Of a DNA stretch of 64,000 bases, positions 44,518-53,508 are shown piece by piece. The notes below the pieces were generated by a model, which did no database searches, had not been told where the DNA came from, and worked only from the letters and a program-made list of their open reading frames with translations. The stretch covers positions 49,748 through 113,747 of the forward strand of contig CACFLO010000001.1 in assembly GCA_902567135.1 (NCBI GenBank). The letters run 5' to 3'. The position numbers and the translations under genes were made by a program. Source of the DNA: an uncultured Alphaproteobacteria bacterium (GTDB lineage Bacteria > Pseudomonadota > Alphaproteobacteria > HIMB59 > GCA-002718135). Within the stretch, counting starts at the first letter, position 1, and every line of letters starts with the position of its first letter.

Positions 44518-46376
44518 TGGCTAAAATAAAAACAGTTTATGAAAAATGTGATGTCCTCGTAGTAGGTGGAGGAATGGCAGGAACTGGAGCTGCATTTGAA
44601 GCAAGACACTGGGGTAGAGATTTAAAAATAATTTGTGTAGAAAAAGCTAACATAGATAGAAGTGGTGCAGTAGCGCAAGGTTTGTATGCGATCAATTGTT
44701 ATATGGGCATGCAGTGGGATGAAAATCAACCAGAAGATCATGTTCGTTATGCTAGAAATGATTTAATGGGAATAGTTCGCGAAGATCTTGGTTACGATAT
44801 GGCACGTCACGTCGACTCCACTGTTCATATGTTTGATGAATGGGGCTTACCAATGATGCGTAATGAAAAAACAGGACGCTATTTAAGAGAAGGTAAGTGG
44901 CAAATTATGATCCATGGAGAAAGTTATAAACCTATCGTAGCAGAAGCAGCAAAAAAATCAGCTGACAAAATTTACAACAGAATAATGATTACACACCTTC
45001 TAATGGATGAAAGTAAAGAAAACAGGGTTGGCGGTGCTGTTGGTTTTAATATGCGTACTGGAAACTTCCATGTCTTTAGAGCTAAAGCGGTAATAGTTGC
45101 TGCTGGTGGTGCATCACATATTTTTAAACCACGTGCAGTCGGTGAAGGTATGGGGAGAACATGGTATGCACCATGGAGTAATGGATCAGCTTATGCTTTA
45201 CCTATTGCTGTTGGAGCCAAAATGACTCAAATGGAAAATAGAATTGTTTTAACAAGATTTAAAGATGGATATGGTCCAGTTGGTGCTTATTTCCTTCATC
45301 TGAAAACGTATACTCAAAATGCCAATGGGGAAAATTATGAGAAAAAATGGTATGATAAAACTAAGGAATTGGTTGGTGAATACATCGATCACGTACCAGT
45401 ACCGACATGTTTACGCAATCATGCTTTTATTGAAGAGGTTAAAGCTGGAGGTGGACCAATACATATGGTTACTACAGAAGCCTTTCAAGATCCGCACTTA
45501 GAAACTGTTGGTTGGGAAAATTTCCTAGGCATGACTGTTGGTCAAGCAGTGGTTTGGGCATCTCAAGATATTGATCCAAAATATACTAATCCTGAATTAA
45601 CTACCTCTGAACCTTATGTTATGGGATCACATGCAACATGCTCAGGAGCATGGGTAAGTGGACCTGAAGATTTATCTCCTCCAGAATATTTTTGGGGATA
45701 TAACAGAATGCTTACTGTCGACGGACTTTTTGGTGCAGGTGATACTGTTGGTGGAAGTGCACATAAATTTTCTTCGGGATCTTTTACCGAGGGTCGCTTA
45801 GCAGCCAAAGCAGCAGTTAAATATATAGAAGATCTAGGTGATGAAGAAATTGAAGTTAATGACGAACAGTGTAATAATTTTAAAGAAATTATTTATAAAC
45901 CTCTAGAAAATTATCAAGTAGGAAGAAATGAAATAACTGGAGGTACAGTATCTCCAAGTTATATTTTACCAATACAAGGACTTCAGCGTCTTCAAAAAAT
46001 AATGGATGAATATGTAGGCGGTGTTGGTGTTAATTATATGACGAATGATAATTTGCTTAAAAGAGGAATTGAACTCTTAGGCATTCTACAAGAAGATCTT
46101 GAGAATGTAGGAGCTGAAGACTATCATCAACTTATGCGTGCTTGGGAATTAAAGCATCGTGCCCTAACTTCTCAATGTGTTGCTGAACATACTCTTTTCC
46201 GTGAAGAAACAAGATGGCCTGGATATTATTATCGAGGTGATCATATGAAATTGGATGATGAAAACTGGCATTGCTTAACAGTATCTAGAAGAGATCCTAA
46301 AACAGGTAAATTTACAATGGAGAAAGCCCCTCTTTATCATATCGTTGATGAAAAAGAAGAAAATGAATCTGCTTGA
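44517..46376 (+). CDS. aprA: Adenylylsulfate (APS) reductase alpha subunit (FAD flavoprotein)
   Basis: 619 aa. FAD fold DVLVVGGGMAGTGAA and a fumarate-reductase-like core with AprA-type blocks (WYAPWSNGSAY, GSHATCSGAWVSGPED, GAGDTVGGSAHKFSSGS). ATGA-type overlap with aprB. Confidence 0.9.
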   Translation: MAKIKTVYEKCDVLVVGGGMAGTGAAFEARHWGRDLKIICVEKANIDRSGAVAQGLYAINCYMGMQWDENQPEDHVRYARNDLMGIVREDLGYDMARHVDSTVHMFDEWGLPMMRNEKTGRYLREGKWQIMIHGESYKPIVAEAAKKSADKIYNRIMITHLLMDESKENRVGGAVGFNMRTGNFHVFRAKAVIVAAGGASHIFKPRAVGEGMGRTWYAPWSNGSAYALPIAVGAKMTQMENRIVLTRFKDGYGPVGAYFLHLKTYTQNANGENYEKKWYDKTKELVGEYIDHVPVPTCLRNHAFIEEVKAGGGPIHMVTTEAFQDPHLETVGWENFLGMTVGQAVVWASQDIDPKYTNPELTTSEPYVMGSHATCSGAWVSGPEDLSPPEYFWGYNRMLTVDGLFGAGDTVGGSAHKFSSGSFTEGRLAAKAAVKYIEDLGDEEIEVNDEQCNNFKEIIYKPLENYQVGRNEITGGTVSPSYILPIQGLQRLQKIMDEYVGGVGVNYMTNDNLLKRGIELLGILQEDLENVGAEDYHQLMRAWELKHRALTSQCVAEHTLFREETRWPGYYYRGDHMKLDDENWHCLTVSRRDPKTGKFTMEKAPLYHIVDEKEENESA

Positions 46377-46713
46377 AAAATCCGATCAAGAAATTTTAGA
46401 TATAGCAAATCCTCTTTGGGATAATCTTGTAAATAGCTCAAATAAAAAAGACTATTTTGAATTTATAAAAGATTTTTCTGCCAAAATGCTATTTGGTGCT
46501 AATGAAGTAGAAATTGGGAAGCAGTGGGCAAGTAATAAATTGCTTACTAGCTTGGATGAAAATAAAATTTTTTTAGGATGTTTACGCAGGGATGAATTTG
46601 TTACTGTTTTATTTAAACAAAAAAGTAATCAGGTTTCTGGAGATTTTTTAGGCAGACTAGTGCTTGGCATTGAAGATGAACAAATTAAAATATTTGGTGC
46701 AACTATTTTTTAA
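46345..46713 (+). CDS. Hypothetical protein translationally coupled to aprA
   Basis: 122 aa (116 aa if started at the ATG at 46363). Overlaps the aprA 3' end and the cysQ stop. No recognisable motif. Confidence 0.45.
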   Translation: MMKKKKMNLLEKSDQEILDIANPLWDNLVNSSNKKDYFEFIKDFSAKMLFGANEVEIGKQWASNKLLTSLDENKIFLGCLRRDEFVTVLFKQKSNQVSGDFLGRLVLGIEDEQIKIFGATIF

Positions 46714-47498
46714 ATAGTATTGTTAGAGGCAATAAATTCTGGATTTAATAGACTCTCCTTTTGATTATATTTGATTTCTTTATTACTCAAAGTTAATATC
46801 TTTCCACCAGCTTCATTTAAAATAATATGACCAGCAGCTATATCCCATTCAGAAGTGGGTCCAAAACGAGGATAGATATCAGCGTTTCCATTGGCAATTA
46901 AGCAAAATTTTAATGAACTACCTGCTTGAATAATTTGAGCGTTAGGAAATTTTTCATTAACCCAAGTTGTAAAAGAGTTATTAGAGTGAGAACGACTTCC
47001 TATAATACGCACTGGATCAGATTGCTTTAAAACAGATATTTGTGTTGCTTTATCAAGACTATTTAGTTCGACACTAGTATCTATTGTAAATGTTCCATAT
47101 CCTTTTTGAGCAAAATAAATTGCTGATTTTGCAGGTGCAAATATAACTCCTAAAATTGGATTATTTTTTTCAACCAAAGCAATATTAACAGTAAATTCTC
47201 CATTATGTTTAATAAACTCCTTAGTGCCATCTAAAGGATCTACTAACCAGTATTTATTCCAACTCTTTCTTGTGCCCCATTTTACAAGTGATTCTTCACT
47301 TAATATTGGAATAGTTGTATCCAGATTATGAAGTGCGGTTTTAATTATTTTATTTGAAGCTAAATCAGCTTTAGTTAAAGGCGAAGAATCATTTTTATGA
47401 GTAACCTCAATATCATCTTTATAATATTCAAGAATTTTATTCCCTGCCCTTATAGAAATATTGCAAATGTCCAATATCAATTTTTTATTATCGATCAT
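46710..47498 (-). CDS. cysQ: 3'(2'),5'-bisphosphate nucleotidase
   Basis: 262 aa. Inositol-monophosphatase-fold motifs LSEES, WLVDPLDGTKEF and EWDIAAG. Size and pattern fit CysQ. Confidence 0.75.
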   Translation of the reverse strand: MIDNKKLILDICNISIRAGNKILEYYKDDIEVTHKNDSSPLTKADLASNKIIKTALHNLDTTIPILSEESLVKWGTRKSWNKYWLVDPLDGTKEFIKHNGEFTVNIALVEKNNPILGVIFAPAKSAIYFAQKGYGTFTIDTSVELNSLDKATQISVLKQSDPVRIIGSRSHSNNSFTTWVNEKFPNAQIIQAGSSLKFCLIANGNADIYPRFGPTSEWDIAAGHIILNEAGGKILTLSNKEIKYNQKESLLNPEFIASNNTI

Positions 47499-47546
47499 TT
47501 TAATTTGACTTTTATAGAACCTAAATTAGTGTTTTGATAGGTTTTT

Positions 47547-48746
47547 ATGGAAAAAGAAATTTATAAACTCATAGATAAGGAAAAGCTACGTGTTGTTAGT
47601 GAAAATATAGATAAAGCGCACGGTCTTCCCAATGAATGTTATTTAAATGGACCTTATAGTAAAATTGAACGTAAAAAAATCTTTGAAGAAAAGTGGGTTA
47701 CAATAGGCGTTGCAAGTTCAGTCCCTAATCCAGGAGATGTTAAACCTTTTGATCTACTTGGTATTCCACTAATCATAGTTAGGGATAAACAAAAAAAAAT
47801 TAGAGTTTTTCATAATGTTTGTAGTCACCGAGGATATAAGTTAGTTAATAAAACTTGTGCTATAAAAAATATATTAAGATGTCCTTATCACTCATGGTCA
47901 TATGACTTGGAAGGAAATTTGATTGCCACCCCTCATTTAGGTGGAATAAATAAACATGAGCATCAGGATTTTGATAAATCCAAAAGTGGATTAAAAGAAG
48001 TGCGATCATCTGTTTGGCTCGACTTAATCATGGTAAATATTTCAGGCAATGAATTACCTTTTGAAAAATATATAGAACCGCTTGAAAATAGATGGTCTGA
48101 CTTTTGGACAAAACAAGATCAAGAAATGATCTGTCATGCTCAAGATTATGGATATTTCAAATTAGAAGCAAAATGTAATTGGAAATTTGCAATAGAAAAC
48201 TATTGTGAAAGTTATCACTTACCTTTCGTACATCCTGGTCTAAATGCCTATTCAAAAATTGATGATCATTATCATATACAAGGATTACCTAATCGTTTTG
48301 CTGGACAAGGCACACTTGTGTATAATCCTAGATTTGAAAATAATGAAAAATTCCCAAGATTCCCTGGATGGAGAAAGGAGAAAGAAGAACATGCTGAATA
48401 CGTCGCTCTATTTCCAAACGTAATGCTTGGTATTCACAAAGACCATTATTATGCTTATTGGTTAGAGCCTGTTGAACATAATTTTACTAAAGAACATATG
48501 GAAATCTATTATGTCGGTGAAGATGCTGCTCTTGATGATTCATATAAATCATTAAGAAAACAAAATTATGAACAATGGCATAGCATTCAAACTGAAGATT
48601 TAAATATTATTGAAGGTATGCAGGAAGGAAGAAATTCACCTGTTTACAATGGTGGTAATTTTTCTCCAGTTCTTGATAATCCTACTCACCATTTTAATAA
48701 GTGGGTAGCCACTTCATTGACCGATAATGATTTTTCAAAAAATTAA
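47547..48746 (+). CDS. Rieske [2Fe-2S] non-haem iron oxygenase, alpha-subunit type
   Basis: Rieske motif CSHRGYKLV-x-CPYHSWSY and a mononuclear iron region NYCESYHLPFVHP. Confidence 0.8.
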   Translation: MEKEIYKLIDKEKLRVVSENIDKAHGLPNECYLNGPYSKIERKKIFEEKWVTIGVASSVPNPGDVKPFDLLGIPLIIVRDKQKKIRVFHNVCSHRGYKLVNKTCAIKNILRCPYHSWSYDLEGNLIATPHLGGINKHEHQDFDKSKSGLKEVRSSVWLDLIMVNISGNELPFEKYIEPLENRWSDFWTKQDQEMICHAQDYGYFKLEAKCNWKFAIENYCESYHLPFVHPGLNAYSKIDDHYHIQGLPNRFAGQGTLVYNPRFENNEKFPRFPGWRKEKEEHAEYVALFPNVMLGIHKDHYYAYWLEPVEHNFTKEHMEIYYVGEDAALDDSYKSLRKQNYEQWHSIQTEDLNIIEGMQEGRNSPVYNGGNFSPVLDNPTHHFNKWVATSLTDNDFSKN

Positions 48747-48757
48747 ATAATAATTAT

Positions 48758-50800
48758 ATGACAGACTCATTACTTCAATCATTTAAATTGAAACATTTGA
48801 ATCTAAAAAATCGAATTATTACTACAAGTCATGAACCAGCCTATAATGAGGATGGATTTCCAAAAGATAGATATGTAGCCTATCATTTAGAGAGAGCAAA
48901 AGGAGGCATAGCTATGACTATGACTGCAGGATCAACTGTAGTTTCAAAAGATAGCCCTCCTTCATTTGACAATATTCATGCCTACAAAGATGAAGTTGTT
49001 CCTTGGATTAAAAAACTTACTGAAGCTATTCATGATCAGGATTGTAAAATTATGATTCAGTTAACACATCTTGGAAGAAGAACTTCTTGGAATAAAGGTG
49101 ATTGGCTTCCATCTATTTCATCAGGAAAACACCGGGAACCTGCGCATAAAGCATTTCCAAAAGTTGCTGAGAGCTGGGACATTGAAAGAATCATTAAAGA
49201 ATATGGTGATGCTGCTGAGAGAATGAAACAAGGTGGTATGGACGGTGTTGAACTTGAAGGTCAAGGTCATTTAATTGGTCAATTTCTCTCCCCTTTAACG
49301 AATGAATTAGAAACAGAATATGGTGGTAGTTTAGAAAATAGATTACGTTTTACACTTGATGTTCTTTCAGACATTAGAAGCAAAGTCGGTCAAAAATTTA
49401 TTGTAGGAATCCGTTGTGTCTTTGATGAAGTGGAAAAAGGAGGAATAACTAAATCAGATGGATTAAAAATTGCAAAAATCTTATCTGGTTCAGGTTTAAT
49501 AGATTATTTAAACATCAATAGAGGCAGAATACATACTGATCCAATACTAACTAAACATATTCCCATTCAAGGAATGAAAAGTGCTCCGCATCTCGAATTT
49601 GCAGGAGAAATAAAAAAAGAAGTAAATTTACCAATTTTTCATGCATCTAAAATTTCTGATGTAGCAACTGCTAGGTATGCAATTTCAAATGGATTGGTTG
49701 ATATGATAGGTATGACAAGAGGTCATTTAGCAGACCCGCATATTGTAAAAAAAATAAAAGAAAAAAGAGAAGATGATATTAGACCTTGTGTTGGGGCTAC
49801 TTATTGTTTGGACAGAATTTATCAAGGTGAGGAGGCTCTTTGTATTCATAATGCGGCAACAGGAAGAGAATTAAAATTTCCAAATATTATTAGTAAATCA
49901 AAAATAAAAAAGAAAATTGTTGTAGTTGGTGCTGGGCCTGGAGGACTTGAAGCGGCAAGAATAGCAGCAGAAAGAGGTCATGAGGTTATAGTTTTTGAAG
50001 CAGCACCTGATCCTGGAGGACAAGTTAGATTATGCGCAAAATCTACAAGAAGAAAAGATATGATGGGTATTATTGATTGGAGAATGCAGCAATGCATAAA
50101 GAAAAATGTTAAATTCAATTTTAATATTATTGCTGAAGCTCAAGATTTGATTAATGAAAACCCTGACACTATAATCATTGCGACAGGAGGTATGCCAAAC
50201 CTCGAACTTTTTGAAACAAAAAAAGATTTAGAAAATGTTTTTACAAGCTGGGATATAATTTCAGGGGACGTCAAGTTAGCTGAAAATATATTAATCTATG
50301 ATGAGGCAGGTGATCATACAGCTATGCAATCAGCAGAAATAGCTATAGAGAAAGGGTCAACTGTTGAATTTATGACACCAGATAGGTTAATTTCTTCTGA
50401 AATAATGGGGATGAATTTAACTCCTTATTTAAAAAATCTTCAAAATAAAAAAATAACATATTCCATTGCTAAAAGATTGATAGATGTATCAATAAAAGGA
50501 AACAAATTAAATGCTACAATTGGTTCTGATTATGATGAAAATTTTAAAAACAACTCTATTTACGATCAAATTTTTTTAAACTACGGAGTAAAACCTTTAG
50601 ACGAATTATATTTTAATCTTGTATCTTTTTCCAAAAATGAAGGTGAAGTGAACTACACTAAATTTATAAAAGGTGAGATACAAAATATTATTAAAAATAA
50701 AAATAACAAATTTAATCTATATAGAATAGGAGATGCTGTTTCTTCTAGAAATATCCATGCAGCTATTTATGATGCTTTAAGATTAGTAATAAATTTATAA
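48758..50800 (+). CDS. OYE-like FMN oxidoreductase fused to an FAD/NAD(P)-binding domain (N-methylproline demethylase / 2,4-dienoyl-CoA reductase / amine dehydrogenase family)
   Basis: 680 aa. N-terminal TIM-barrel OYE pattern (LKNRIITTSHEP.., IQLTHLGRR), a Cys-rich linker RPCVGATYC..ALC where family members bind an Fe-S cluster, then VVVGAGPGGLEAA. Confidence 0.8.
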   Translation: MTDSLLQSFKLKHLNLKNRIITTSHEPAYNEDGFPKDRYVAYHLERAKGGIAMTMTAGSTVVSKDSPPSFDNIHAYKDEVVPWIKKLTEAIHDQDCKIMIQLTHLGRRTSWNKGDWLPSISSGKHREPAHKAFPKVAESWDIERIIKEYGDAAERMKQGGMDGVELEGQGHLIGQFLSPLTNELETEYGGSLENRLRFTLDVLSDIRSKVGQKFIVGIRCVFDEVEKGGITKSDGLKIAKILSGSGLIDYLNINRGRIHTDPILTKHIPIQGMKSAPHLEFAGEIKKEVNLPIFHASKISDVATARYAISNGLVDMIGMTRGHLADPHIVKKIKEKREDDIRPCVGATYCLDRIYQGEEALCIHNAATGRELKFPNIISKSKIKKKIVVVGAGPGGLEAARIAAERGHEVIVFEAAPDPGGQVRLCAKSTRRKDMMGIIDWRMQQCIKKNVKFNFNIIAEAQDLINENPDTIIIATGGMPNLELFETKKDLENVFTSWDIISGDVKLAENILIYDEAGDHTAMQSAEIAIEKGSTVEFMTPDRLISSEIMGMNLTPYLKNLQNKKITYSIAKRLIDVSIKGNKLNATIGSDYDENFKNNSIYDQIFLNYGVKPLDELYFNLVSFSKNEGEVNYTKFIKGEIQNIIKNKNNKFNLYRIGDAVSSRNIHAAIYDALRLVINL

Positions 50801-50806
50801 ATACAA

Positions 50807-52081
50807 TTAAACCAAATCAAGAGGTATTGAAGATAACAATTCCAGCCCCTTTTCAGTAACTAAATATTGATCTTCTAATTTTGCCCCTTCATTTGCTCCG
50901 ACCTCCCCAATATAGCTTTCAACACACACCACCATATTTTCTTGAAAAATTCCACTATAATCCCCATTACTATAATCTGCATTCGGATAGCCAATATACG
51001 GCCATTCATCACTCATTCCAACACCATGTATTTGACATGGATAATGATTATCAAAACAATTGTCTGGAAGTTGCCAAGCTTTTTCTGCAAATTCTCTGAA
51101 AGATAATCCAGGCTTAATTAATTGCTCATTGTATTTTACATTTTCATAAGCCAAGCTATGAATTTTATTTTGATAATTGCTTAATTTTTTTCCTTCTACA
51201 AATGTTCTTGAAATATCAGCACAATATCCATAAGGCCCAACCATATCTGTATCAAAAGCAACGAGTTCACCTTCTTCGATAATTCTATTACTGCACTCTT
51301 GAAACCAGGGATTGGTTTTTGGACCTGAATTTAATAATCTTGTTTCAAACCACTCACCTCCATTTTCAATGTTTGTTTTATGTAAAATTGACCACAATTC
51401 TTCTTCTGTCATGCCAGCTTTTAAATTTTCATGCATAAGTAAAATACCTTTCTCAGCTGTTTTAATTGAAGCTTTCATACATATAATTTCATCTTGGGAC
51501 TTTATGGATCTTGCAATTTCCATAAATTTTTGAGCGTTAATTATGTCGTATTCATAATTATTATTTAAAGCATTGATACCGGCTGGATCACAAACATCGA
51601 TAATAAGTTTTTTATTTTCAGAACTATATTGCTTCATTAGGTCATCTATTACCTTTGACCATTCAAGAGCTTTATCATAAACATTATTTCCCCAAGTAAA
51701 ATGATCCCAACTGATCACTTCTCTTACTTCATCGATGGTACAATTATTCTCGTAAATATGTTCACAATTTGGGTATTCAAATAATATTACTGGTCCATTG
51801 GCAGGAATAAAAACGTATCGCGTCATCAGATGAAAAGAAAATACTGACATATTTCTTGTATCCGTAGCATAACGAATATTTATCGGATCAAATAAGATAC
51901 ATGCACCTATTTCATTTTGTTGTAATTGATCTCTTACTCTATTTAATCGATACATTCGCATACGATCAAAATTAATTTTATCTTCATAAAGTTTTGGTTT
52001 GAAACTGTTGTTTACAACAGAATCTTTTTCCCCAAACTTCGGACCAATTTTTCTATTGATATTTTTTGTATTAAAATTCAT
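50807..52081 (-). CDS. M24-family (creatinase/prolidase-fold) metallohydrolase
   Basis: 424 aa. Creatinase-type N-domain (ILFDPINIRYATDTRN) and a pita-bread domain with ligand-like residues (FDTDMVGPYGYCADISRTF, HGVG, VESY, KLEDQ). Confidence 0.75.
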   Translation of the reverse strand: MNFNTKNINRKIGPKFGEKDSVVNNSFKPKLYEDKINFDRMRMYRLNRVRDQLQQNEIGACILFDPINIRYATDTRNMSVFSFHLMTRYVFIPANGPVILFEYPNCEHIYENNCTIDEVREVISWDHFTWGNNVYDKALEWSKVIDDLMKQYSSENKKLIIDVCDPAGINALNNNYEYDIINAQKFMEIARSIKSQDEIICMKASIKTAEKGILLMHENLKAGMTEEELWSILHKTNIENGGEWFETRLLNSGPKTNPWFQECSNRIIEEGELVAFDTDMVGPYGYCADISRTFVEGKKLSNYQNKIHSLAYENVKYNEQLIKPGLSFREFAEKAWQLPDNCFDNHYPCQIHGVGMSDEWPYIGYPNADYSNGDYSGIFQENMVVCVESYIGEVGANEGAKLEDQYLVTEKGLELLSSIPLDLV

Positions 52082-52127
52082 TTTATAATAATATACAACA
52101 TACTTATAAATAAAAACAGGGGAAGAT

Positions 52128-52505
52128 ATGGATGAAGAATTATTTAAAAAAGGTTTAGAAAAAAGAAAAGCTACCTTAGGTAAAGAATATGTTGAAAAAA
52201 ATTTAGAACAAGCTGATGATTTTACCCTGCCTTTTCAAAAGGCTATGACTGAATGGTGTTGGGGTTTTGGTTGGGGAGATGAAGTAATTGATATGAAAAC
52301 TCGATCAATGATGAACCTATCAATGATTGGGGCTTTAGGTAAAATGCAAGAATGGGAAATTCATTGCAGAGGAGCAATAACGAATGGAGTATCTAAAGAA
52401 GAAATAAGGGCTATTATTCATGTTATAGGAATTTATTGTGGTGTACCTCAGGCGTTAGAGTGTTTTAAAGTGGCAAAAAAAGTGTTTGGAGAAAAAAATC
52501 TTTAA
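52128..52505 (+). CDS. Carboxymuconolactone decarboxylase (CMD/AhpD-like) family protein
   Basis: 125 aa. WGDEVIDMKTRSMMNLSMIGALGKMQEWEIHCRGAITNGVSKEEIRAIIHVIGIYCGVPQA fits the PcaC-type CMD pattern. Confidence 0.7.
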   Translation: MDEELFKKGLEKRKATLGKEYVEKNLEQADDFTLPFQKAMTEWCWGFGWGDEVIDMKTRSMMNLSMIGALGKMQEWEIHCRGAITNGVSKEEIRAIIHVIGIYCGVPQALECFKVAKKVFGEKNL

Positions 52506-52513
52506 ATTGATTT

Positions 52514-53434
52514 TTAACTATAAATATAAAAAATATAACTAATGTATAATAGTAAACTTATAGATCCATAGGTTCTTCCAATTCTTTTTAAAAAAAACAT
52601 AAATCCTAAGATCATCAAAGTTACAAATAACATAAATAGTAAATCCTCAGAACCTATTACTGCTGGTATGCTAAAGTTGCCAAAAAAAGAAGAAATACCT
52701 AATACACCCAAGATATTATATATATTTGATCCCAAAACATTACCAAGAGCAAAATCAACTTTACGTCTAATTGCTGATAAAATTCCAACTACAAGCTCAG
52801 GAAGTGAAGTACCAAATGCAACTAATGATACACCTATTACAGCTTCTGGAATATTTAATTCATTTGCAATATTAATTGCCGATTTAACAAAAAGATCTGA
52901 TCCGTAAATAAGCAATAATATTCCAACTAAAATAAATATTATTGATATGATAAGAGAATAATCTCCTTTTTCGTTAACATCAGAAACATCAAGTGAGCCC
53001 TGTTTCACTTGCATGTACATTATAAAAAATAATAGACAAACAGATAAAATGCCAAAAAGAAAATTAAAAGGTAAAATAAAAAAACTCATAGTTATTAAAA
53101 CTAAAGCTAAGAAAATGTTTATCCAAGCTTGGTTAATTTGATTTTGGTTAATATTACTAATAGGAATTAAAAAAGATGTTGCGGCCATAACAAGTATTAA
53201 ATTAGCAATATTGCTTCCAATAACAGCGCCAACAGCTAAATCAGCATGATTTTTAACTACAGCATTAATACTACTTGCTAATTCTGGTAAAGATGTTCCT
53301 CCAGCAATAATAACTACGCCTATAGCAAATAGTGAAACTTTTAATTTTTTGCCAAAACTTATCGAACCTCTAATAATTAACTCAGCACCTAAAACAAGCA
53401 GGCCTAAACCTATAAACAAAAATATTAAATTCAC
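52514..53434 (-). CDS. Ca2+/Na+ (cation) antiporter, CaCA family
   Basis: 306 aa, about 10 TMs, with the duplicated alpha-repeat motifs GTSLPELASS and GTSLPELVVG. Confidence 0.8.
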   Translation of the reverse strand: MNLIFLFIGLGLLVLGAELIIRGSISFGKKLKVSLFAIGVVIIAGGTSLPELASSINAVVKNHADLAVGAVIGSNIANLILVMAATSFLIPISNINQNQINQAWINIFLALVLITMSFFILPFNFLFGILSVCLLFFIMYMQVKQGSLDVSDVNEKGDYSLIISIIFILVGILLLIYGSDLFVKSAINIANELNIPEAVIGVSLVAFGTSLPELVVGILSAIRRKVDFALGNVLGSNIYNILGVLGISSFFGNFSIPAVIGSEDLLFMLFVTLMILGFMFFLKRIGRTYGSISLLLYISYIFYIYS

Positions 53435-53508
53435 ATGTTCTTATTAATTTATTTTATAAAAAAAGATATAAGCAAAGACTAATCAATGATTATTGCAAAT
53501 CAATAAGT

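Noticed and set aside
40574-45808. ORFs 40574-40792, 41937-42125, 43551-43784, 43584-43781, 45319-45501 and 45614-45808
   Set aside because: They are nested within the SnoaL-like, HisD-family, AprM and AprA genes, with no independent support.
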